Part shown: in pieces, positions 57,183 through 64,000 of the stretch | How positions within the stretch are numbered: position 1 is the stretch's first letter | How the letters are laid out: every line of letters begins with the position of its first letter | Made by a program: the position numbers and the translations under genes | Notes under the pieces: model-generated | Seen by the model: the letters and a program-made list of their open reading frames with translations, nothing else | What the model was told of the DNA's origin: nothing | Database searches by the model: none | Virus record (IMG/VR): IMGVR_UViG_3300046787_000408 | Span: 1-64,000 of that record | Reading direction: 5' to 3' (one strand) | Length of the DNA stretch: 64,000 nucleotides

Positions 57183-60100
57183 ATGGCAAGACAAAGAATT
57201 AGTGAATATGTGTTCACCCCAGGAGTTTCTGGCAGTGGTACCATCAAAGTTCCTGGCAGAATAAACCTAGAAGACTTTTTGGCCATTTATAACACAACTG
57301 ACCAGATTTCAATCTACAATTTTGGTGATACTGCACAAGGCGGATCTGTAGCCTGGGTAGCAGGAGTAACTGCGGACTTCCCTACAGCTTATGCAGGGGT
57401 AACTACTCTGAGCCTAGACTGGGATACTAGTTCTATGAATGCTAACGATAAGTTGGCTATCTATGTAGAGTCTCAAGCATTAACAGTGCAACCCTGGGCG
57501 TTTGGCATGGATGCGATTGGTCGCGAGCGAGTTTCAAATCCGCAAGCCCTAATTGACGCTGACTTTGAATATGGTTTACAAAATACCAAATGGCAAAACG
57601 TCAGTACCATCAATAACATTCCAGCGTTCTACGAAGACATTGGCGCAGATATTACGATCAACACCAATGGATACGTTAGCATGATTGCTGGTGACGATCA
57701 AATCACCAGCAACTCAGACACTGCGGTTAGATTAGAAAATCAAGGTACACCAGAATGGCATACAGCTGATTTTGCATTGATGATTAGCCAAACTCAAGGC
57801 AACGTTACTCCGTTCACCAGCAACTATCTTACTGCAAACATCAACAGTTCAGCTGAACGAACATTCACAGTAGCTAGCACCACAGGATTCACAGCTGACG
57901 ACAATATCATAATCATTGGCAATCCAGGTACAGGTGGTACCACAGTGGCTACAGCCAACATTACCAGTGTGGCTACTACCACAGTTAACGTGGCCAACGT
58001 AGCAGCCGCTGGTATCAGTGACGGCAGTTATATTATTGTAGAAACAGACACTGCAAACGTGTTTGAAGTAATGTCAGTAACCAACGTGACTGGTAATGCA
58101 CTTACTGTGGTACGACAAAGCAACCGCTCTAACGGCAGTTCGGCCAACATCACCATTGGCAACGATGTATTTGCAGTGAACAATATTGAGATTGCTAAAG
58201 TATTTGAAGTGACAGACGGTACAACCCTGCAACTCACTCGTGGTTGGTACAATATTCCAGCTGCTAACAGTTTTGTTACTGGCAGTGTAATACAAAAACT
58301 CAGTGGTAACGTTGAACTAGTTAACATGAGTGCAATCAACACAGCAGTAAACGGTACACAAACTATTGTTCGTGGCCAATTTGGAACCACAGCATTAACT
58401 GCTGCTGGTGTAGGTTCTCCTGTAATTCGCATGACTGGTATCTTTAACGCTACTGGCAACTCTGACATTCCGCAAGTGGCCGTGAATGCTACCAGTCACG
58501 GGCTAGTAGCTGGCGACTATGTCAGCGCACAAAACCAAGCCAGTACCAATGCTAGCGGAGTTAGCTATGTGTATTACTCCAACGATGACAACTTTGCGTT
58601 CTATCCTCCACGTTCAACTGGGTTAGCAGTAGGATATCCATTGAATCGTATTGACTCTATTATACGTCAGGCGTTCCAGTATACTGGTGCCGATCTTGAC
58701 GTTGTTAGTATCGCTAGCAATGGCTCTACTCCTAGTACAATTACAGTTACAACTCAGTATGCACATGGCCTAGTACCTGGTACCCCAATCATTGTGGCAC
58801 TAACATCAGGAACCAACCAAGCATATGCTACAGGTAGCTTTTTTGTTACAGAAGTGCCCAGTACTACAACATTCACTTACACTGCCAAAGCAGGTGCAGC
58901 AGTAAGCGGTAGTCTTGGTGGTACAGTGAACGTTCGTAGTAATGCGGTGTTCTTGCCAAGACCGTTTGATGGTGGTGTTATTCTTGGACCTGGTACTCCA
59001 ACTCGTGGTGCTAGTGCTGTACGTCAAACCAAGAAGTACTTTCGTTATCAATCAGGTAAGGGTATCTTGTTTACATCAGGTACCATGCTCAAGCCAACAT
59101 TTGATATTGCTAGCATCATTGCAGCTGGCACCAGTGTGGGCAGCAACATTACAGTAACTACCGATATTGAACACGGTCTCAATGCAGGTGCTGTGATTGA
59201 TCTAGCAGGTATTGTGACTTCGGGATACAATGATACCGGTTACACAGTGACCAGCATTGGAAGTGATACTGCTTTTGTAGTTGAAGCACAAAACAGTCTA
59301 GGTTCAGTAAGTCCTGAATTGGGACAACAACCACGTGTGAACGTTACCGGCTGGCACGGCTCTAGCATTCGTGCTGGTATGATGGACGATCAAAACGGTT
59401 TGTTCTGGGAACATAACGGACAAACACTCAATGTGGTGCAACGTTCTAGCACATTACAATTGGCTGGCTTTGTATCAGTCGGTGTTGGCAGTAACTTGGT
59501 TACAGGTGACGGAACATGTAGATTCCAGGATCAACTCAACAACGGTGATACTGTGGTTATTCAGGGTATGACTCACACTGTGGCCAGTGTGCTAGACAAC
59601 AACCGAATTACTGTGGTGCCTACTTTCCGTGGTGTACAGAATCAGACCAGGGTAAAAATGGCTCTGCGCAACGAGATTCGCGTGGTGCAGGAAGATTTTA
59701 ACGTGGACCAACTTGATGGTACTGGCTATAGTGGATACACTATTGATGCAAGTAAAATGCAGATGTTGGGAGTAGAATACTCATGGTACGGTGCTGGTTA
59801 TGTACAATGGATGGTTCGTGGACAAGACGGCAAGTTTGTTATGGCACATCGTTTGCCCAACAACAACCGCAACAACGAAGCATACATGCGTTCAGGTAAC
59901 TTGCCAGGACGTTATGAAGCTATCAACGATACACCAGTATCAAGCTTGGACGGTGCAATTGATGGCAGTCAAACAACTATTTCCTTGCGAGATGCTAGCC
60001 AGTATCCTGCAGCCAGCGTCACATATCCTGTGTTTGTAATGATTGACAGCGAAGTGATCAAGTACTCAGGCAAGAGTGGTAATGACCTAACTGGTTGCAC

Positions 60101-61148
60101 AAGAGCTGCTACGTTTACACAGTGGGTTGAAGGTGCTAGCCGTAGTTTTACATCTAGTTCAGCAACAAGTCACGCAGATAATACTGGCGTGATATTGATC
60201 TCAAACACTTGTACTCCACTAGTTAACCACTGGGGTAGTTCAGTTATCATGGACGGTAGCTTTGATGGCGACGAAGGTTATCAGTTTACATTCAACCGTA
60301 CCAGTTATGGTATGCCAGCTACAGTGGGTGAAAAACAAACTGTGTTTGCTATGCGTCTAAGCCCTAGCGTTAGTAATGGTATCATTGGTGACCTTGGTCA
60401 ACGCGAACTGATCAACCGTGCTCAGTTGACCTTGAGTAACATGACTGTTAACTTAACTGGTGGTCGTTTCTTGGTAGAAGGTATTTTGAACCCCAGCAAT
60501 ATTGACAGTGCTAACACAGTATGGGCAGGACTCAACAACGTCGGAGGTGGCTTCCAGCCTAGCTTTAGTCAGTTCACTACTGCACCTCGATACACTGGTG
60601 AAACCACAGGTGGTGTAACTAGTTCTTTGTTTGGCTCTGAAGGTGGTTTCTCTAAGTCAGGAACAAAAGTTACCTTCTCAGGAACCAAGAACCGTACATT
60701 CTCTGGATTGAGTTTAACCAACGTATCTAGTTCAGGTAGTTCAGCTAACGTAACAATTACACTGACTCCTACCAGCACTTTGTACAACAACAACACAGTG
60801 GCGATCAGTGTACAGAACCCAGGTACTGGTTATGCAATCGGTGACACAGTCAAGATTCTAGGAACAAGTTTGGGCGGAGCAACTCCGTTGAACGACTTGA
60901 ACATGACTGTGCAAGCGATTACTACTGAACTTACAGGTGGTGAAAGACTGTTTGCGATTCCAATCTCAACTACTAACTCAGGTGTGTTGGATTTGAGTTC
61001 AGTTAAACAGATTGGAACCAGTGCTGTACCCGGTACAGGCACATATCCTAACGGTCCAGAAGTATTGGCTATTCAGGTAACTGCGTTGAGCACAGTAACA
61101 ACACCAACTGCTGACGTGCAGTTGCAGTTCCAAGAATCTCAAGCTTGA
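57183..61148 (+). CDS. Large beta-rich virion structural/receptor-binding protein (1321 aa)
   Basis: RVSNPQALIDADFEYGLQ, RQTKKYFRYQSGKG, EYSWYGAG, YMRSGNLPGRYE; ITVTT..HGL repeats. Confidence 0.7.
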   Translation: MARQRISEYVFTPGVSGSGTIKVPGRINLEDFLAIYNTTDQISIYNFGDTAQGGSVAWVAGVTADFPTAYAGVTTLSLDWDTSSMNANDKLAIYVESQALTVQPWAFGMDAIGRERVSNPQALIDADFEYGLQNTKWQNVSTINNIPAFYEDIGADITINTNGYVSMIAGDDQITSNSDTAVRLENQGTPEWHTADFALMISQTQGNVTPFTSNYLTANINSSAERTFTVASTTGFTADDNIIIIGNPGTGGTTVATANITSVATTTVNVANVAAAGISDGSYIIVETDTANVFEVMSVTNVTGNALTVVRQSNRSNGSSANITIGNDVFAVNNIEIAKVFEVTDGTTLQLTRGWYNIPAANSFVTGSVIQKLSGNVELVNMSAINTAVNGTQTIVRGQFGTTALTAAGVGSPVIRMTGIFNATGNSDIPQVAVNATSHGLVAGDYVSAQNQASTNASGVSYVYYSNDDNFAFYPPRSTGLAVGYPLNRIDSIIRQAFQYTGADLDVVSIASNGSTPSTITVTTQYAHGLVPGTPIIVALTSGTNQAYATGSFFVTEVPSTTTFTYTAKAGAAVSGSLGGTVNVRSNAVFLPRPFDGGVILGPGTPTRGASAVRQTKKYFRYQSGKGILFTSGTMLKPTFDIASIIAAGTSVGSNITVTTDIEHGLNAGAVIDLAGIVTSGYNDTGYTVTSIGSDTAFVVEAQNSLGSVSPELGQQPRVNVTGWHGSSIRAGMMDDQNGLFWEHNGQTLNVVQRSSTLQLAGFVSVGVGSNLVTGDGTCRFQDQLNNGDTVVIQGMTHTVASVLDNNRITVVPTFRGVQNQTRVKMALRNEIRVVQEDFNVDQLDGTGYSGYTIDASKMQMLGVEYSWYGAGYVQWMVRGQDGKFVMAHRLPNNNRNNEAYMRSGNLPGRYEAINDTPVSSLDGAIDGSQTTISLRDASQYPAASVTYPVFVMIDSEVIKYSGKSGNDLTGCTRAATFTQWVEGASRSFTSSSATSHADNTGVILISNTCTPLVNHWGSSVIMDGSFDGDEGYQFTFNRTSYGMPATVGEKQTVFAMRLSPSVSNGIIGDLGQRELINRAQLTLSNMTVNLTGGRFLVEGILNPSNIDSANTVWAGLNNVGGGFQPSFSQFTTAPRYTGETTGGVTSSLFGSEGGFSKSGTKVTFSGTKNRTFSGLSLTNVSSSGSSANVTITLTPTSTLYNNNTVAISVQNPGTGYAIGDTVKILGTSLGGATPLNDLNMTVQAITTELTGGERLFAIPISTTNSGVLDLSSVKQIGTSAVPGTGTYPNGPEVLAIQVTALSTVTTPTADVQLQFQESQA

Positions 61149-61586
61149 TCAATTGCGAACAAGATCCTGTTGCACACGCAGGATCTTGTTTTGCACTGCA
61201 TCGATATTCACAGTACTCCACAACCCTGGGTGCATAGGTCTAGGCCATGTACCTTCGTCTATCCAAGCGTACCCTAGATGTTCATCGTTGAGCACAGGAG
61301 TAAATTCATCTTCTACTACACAAACAAATGTGTGATACACAAATTCGTTGTCTGACGATGTAAATTTCTCAATGGGAATTAGTCGTTGATAAACAGGAAA
61401 GCTGCCTAGTTCTTCTTGGCATTCTCGCTCCATGCCACCTAGCAAAGTCTCGCCATCTTCAATTTTTCCACCAGGTAGTCCCCAAGCTCCAGGGTGCTTG
61501 GGATCGTTGCGTAACAGATAAAGATAACGACCAGTTTGGTTGCTGCGGAACCAAACACCTACTGCTTTTACAGTACTAGATTCCAT
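61149..61586 (-). CDS. NUDIX hydrolase
   Basis: WGLPGGKIEDGETLLGGMERECQEELG Nudix box; start moved to ATG 61586, which overlaps the end of the gp15-like gene. Confidence 0.9.
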   Translation of the reverse strand: MESSTVKAVGVWFRSNQTGRYLYLLRNDPKHPGAWGLPGGKIEDGETLLGGMERECQEELGSFPVYQRLIPIEKFTSSDNEFVYHTFVCVVEDEFTPVLNDEHLGYAWIDEGTWPRPMHPGLWSTVNIDAVQNKILRVQQDLVRN

Positions 61587-62968
61587 TGCCCGCCGGGGTA
61601 AATTCCTTGATAGCTTTTTATCCATTGCTGACCTGTCCATTGATATTGTAGTGAGGTAGTTAAGTTTGTAACGTACTGATCTCCAGGTTGGGTACTGGCA
61701 ATAAACGCCACATCCCAACGTGATCCATTGAATTCGATAATGTCGTTGTAGTTAGCAACCAGTGGACGTCCGCTGGGTCCTACCCAAGCAGTTGCTGGCC
61801 CAACGTTGCCATCAGCACCAGTGGACTCAGTTAACAAATAACGCTGACCTACCACCGCAGCCGGTAAACCTTGACCAGGCCCACTTACTAGTGGATTGAT
61901 CACAGCGTCAACTGGTAACAATGTATTTTGGGGCACAGTGTCTTGATCCACACTGAGCAACAAAAAACGTTCATCATTAGGGTCAACCACAATGGTTCCA
62001 ATCACTTGTGTTCCGTCGTCTTGATCAAGCCTCAGCTGACTGATACCTGGTCTCAACACACCATACATACCTATTATAGCAGGCCACATCACGTTACTGC
62101 TAGACACAATGGAAGGAGGCACAAGACTTTGGTTGGTTTGATCCACAATAGTGCGTTCTTGTAGGGCTTGTACTTGATTTCCAATTAACACAATTTTGTA
62201 GTTGTAAGGAGTAATCACTTGACGAGTGCCCAGTAACAAGTCACTGTTAGTAATAGCGTTCACAGCATCGCCTTGTGCATCGTAGATGGATGCAATCACA
62301 CGCTCAATGACTCCTAGCTTCTTGACTTTGGCAGGACTTGAAATCCAGATAGGCAAATTGAATCGTAAGGTAGCAATGTCAATAGGGTTTTCTGTTCCCA
62401 TGGGAATAGTACGACTGCTCCACTGCACACTTTCTAGTTCTACCACACTCAAACTGGTCCAGTCAATGTAGTTGTCAGTGCTTTGTATTTCCAAACTGGG
62501 ATTGAACAAGGTTAAAATTTGTTCTAGCAACTGCATTTTTTGATTGGTGTTTGTGGTCCAAATATCCAGATTCAGAGTCAACTTGTAAGGCACAGGCATC
62601 AAACGCTCAATGCTGAATGCATTGCCTTGTGTGCGTTCAAATGTGTCTGTGGTTTCATCATATGTGCGTTGGCGTACTGCAATTTTGCTCACGTGATATG
62701 GCTCTTGCATTCTGGGACGATCATAGTCCATGGCAGCAACATAAAAAGTCATGAGTGGTGCAGCCGGCAAGCTGTTGGCAGAGTTTTCTTGAATTATGGT
62801 TTGAGCATTACGGGTAGCATCGCCATATCGCACAGGTACTCGCAACAGGGCAGCAGCATCTCCTTCTTCTTCGCGACCGTATTCAATTTGAAAATTGCTA
62901 AAGATACGAGTAAATTGCAAAAGGAATCTGCGTATTTGAGCATCGTAAAAAAATTGGGACATACTCAT
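61568..62968 (-). CDS. Tail sheath stabiliser/terminator, gp15-like, with a C-terminal extension
   Basis: FFYDAQIRRFLLQFTRIFS, VPVRYG, YDRPR, MPVPYKLTLNLDIW, LEQILTLFNP. Confidence 0.85.
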   Translation of the reverse strand: MSMSQFFYDAQIRRFLLQFTRIFSNFQIEYGREEEGDAAALLRVPVRYGDATRNAQTIIQENSANSLPAAPLMTFYVAAMDYDRPRMQEPYHVSKIAVRQRTYDETTDTFERTQGNAFSIERLMPVPYKLTLNLDIWTTNTNQKMQLLEQILTLFNPSLEIQSTDNYIDWTSLSVVELESVQWSSRTIPMGTENPIDIATLRFNLPIWISSPAKVKKLGVIERVIASIYDAQGDAVNAITNSDLLLGTRQVITPYNYKIVLIGNQVQALQERTIVDQTNQSLVPPSIVSSSNVMWPAIIGMYGVLRPGISQLRLDQDDGTQVIGTIVVDPNDERFLLLSVDQDTVPQNTLLPVDAVINPLVSGPGQGLPAAVVGQRYLLTESTGADGNVGPATAWVGPSGRPLVANYNDIIEFNGSRWDVAFIASTQPGDQYVTNLTTSLQYQWTGQQWIKSYQGIYPGGQWNLVL

Positions 62969-63525
62969 TGTTGTTTCTCCGTGTATACTCTTTTGCCATC
63001 AACTAGTTGCCAAGTTTTTCCTTTGGTCCCACTTCTTTCTAACTGCACTTGCCTTAGGCGTTCTTTTGCACTATTGGGCATATGCCACAATCCTGACACC
63101 CCTTTTCTAGGATGCGTCTTGCCTTTCATTGCGCCACCATCTCGACGAGTCCATGTATCTGTGCCACTGGCACGTCGTCGGGCATGAGCTTGTCTTTGAG
63201 ATTCTTTCATCTTTTCTTTTGATTGATCACTGTGTATCTTGTTGTTTCCGGCTTCTCTGAGATTGTAAACCTCGTTTGTTTTTCTGTATTCATCTAACCA
63301 CTGCTGTTCTTTGTTATTAAGATCGTCCAAGCAATGAGCAGAATCAATCACTTCCCATAGGAATTGGTCAATTCCGTATTTTCTCATACTGTTATAAAGA
63401 TGAGTATTTTTGCCTCCCCGAGCATCAGCCTGATGACTGTACCATCGCATCTTTGGATTTTTTTGTATGGTTTGTCCAATGTAAATCTTGTTGTTTACAA
63501 GGTTGGTTATTTTGTATATGTGCAT
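62965..63525 (-). CDS. Free-standing Seg-like GIY-YIG homing endonuclease with NUMOD3-type motif
   Basis: IYKITNLVNNKIYIGQT...RW..H, RKYGIDQF, E, YNL, HSDQSKEKMKES. Confidence 0.9.
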   Translation of the reverse strand: MHIYKITNLVNNKIYIGQTIQKNPKMRWYSHQADARGGKNTHLYNSMRKYGIDQFLWEVIDSAHCLDDLNNKEQQWLDEYRKTNEVYNLREAGNNKIHSDQSKEKMKESQRQAHARRRASGTDTWTRRDGGAMKGKTHPRKGVSGLWHMPNSAKERLRQVQLERSGTKGKTWQLVDGKRVYTEKQQ

Positions 63526-63530
63526 AAGTT

Positions 63531-63536
63531 TATTTA
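63531..63536 (-). promoter_or_regulatory. Late promoter of the Seg-like gene, inside a hairpin covering the ATG
   Basis: GCATAA-ataaac-TTATGC contains both TAAATA and the start codon. Confidence 0.65.
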
Positions 63537-63563
63537 TGCGTCATCATAAAAGAATTGCTGCAT
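63534..63563 (-). pseudogene. Orphaned original 5' end of the gp15-like gene (MQQFFYDDA*)
   Basis: ATG CAG CAA TTC TTT TAT GAT GAC GCA TAA begins 2 nt after the upstream stop and matches MSQFFYD at the current gene start. Confidence 0.8.
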
Positions 63564-63565
63564 TG

Positions 63566-64000
63566 TTAGTATCCTGGTGGGCGTGGGTTAGGCGGTAAGT
63601 TGCCACCATCATCGCCGTTGTCTGCTTGGGGGCGCAGTATTTCTGACAAGCTTTGGCGGCTGGGAATATTGCCCATGTCTGTGGTGGGCACTGTGTATGT
63701 ATTGTTTACAAAGCCCGAGCGTAATGTTTTGTTCTCTGGACCATTGTTGAGATTGGTGCGTACACGATCTTCAATCTTGATCCAACGACGACCGTCATAT
63801 CTAAACAGCCTATTGGGCTGATAGTCCAAGCGCAATGCATAATCGCCGCTGACAGGATTGGGCGGAAAACTCACACCTGGGGTTACAGGAAAGGCGTTGG
63901 GAGCCAATCCGTCACCAGTCAAATAGCCCATGGTATAACCGTCAGTTCTAGGAGTAACATTCATGCCACCCTCGGTGCCATCGGCGGTAGCAGTACCTAC
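63566..64000 (-). CDS. Neck protein (gp14-like by position), C-terminal part; 5' end beyond the right edge
   Basis: Frame open to the window edge; GVSFPPNPVSGDYALRLDYQPNRLFRYDGRRW; upstream of gp15-like. Confidence 0.6.
   Translation of the reverse strand, partial: VGTATADGTEGGMNVTPRTDGYTMGYLTGDGLAPNAFPVTPGVSFPPNPVSGDYALRLDYQPNRLFRYDGRRWIKIEDRVRTNLNNGPENKTLRSGFVNNTYTVPTTDMGNIPSRQSLSEILRPQADNGDDGGNLPPNPRPPGY

Noticed and set aside
41695-61148. Diversity-generating retroelement or invertase-based fibre switching
   Set aside because: No reverse transcriptase or recombinase in the window; repeat copies differ at synonymous sites rather than specifically at adenines, and no inverted crossover sites were seen.
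62965-63563. Translational bypass or intron joining MQQFFYD to gp15-like
   Set aside because: The ~590 nt gap is fully occupied by the endonuclease ORF with no room for a ribozyme core, and the downstream gene has its own RBS and ATG.
1-64000. Stop-codon reassignment: none of the roughly 44 called genes ends in TAG
   Set aside because: All core genes are full length under the standard code with no in-frame TAG, so there is no evidence of recoding; low TAG use is common in T4-like phages.

Overview
The window is a 64 kb segment of a large T4-like (myovirus) bacteriophage genome in the standard genetic code; the host cannot be determined from this window. Left to right it holds: (1) a minus-strand baseplate module (gp7-like, truncated at the left edge, then gp6-, gp25-, gp5-, gp53- and gp48-like genes) and a Gln/Ala/Tyr-rich low-complexity gene; (2) a plus-strand gp55 late sigma factor / gp47 / gp46 block interleaved with accessory enzymes (SGNH-like, adenylate-forming); (3) a short GIY-YIG nuclease followed by about 440 bp of hairpin-dense non-coding DNA; (4) a minus-strand operon of gp26/gp51-like chaperones joined by a probable -1 frameshift, plus four small genes including an ATE/Bpt-like aminoacyl-transferase domain; (5) the tape measure gene and the head module (portal, protease, scaffold, major capsid); (6) an HNH endonuclease, a GNAT, a TPR-glycosyltransferase and a Maf-like gene; (7) a 20 kb cluster of very long G/N/T-rich fibre genes; (8) NUDIX, gp15-like, a Seg-like endonuclease and a gp14-like gene truncated at the right edge. 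T4-type late promoters (TAAATA) recur, often only 4-5 nt before a start codon. The best leads are the candidate large structured RNA behind the GIY-YIG gene, the T TTT TTC frameshift, the ATE-like operon, the prion-like protein, a possible fibre-glycosylation system, and a homing endonuclease that appears to have replaced the start of its target gene. All family assignments come from motif recognition by eye; no database searches were run.
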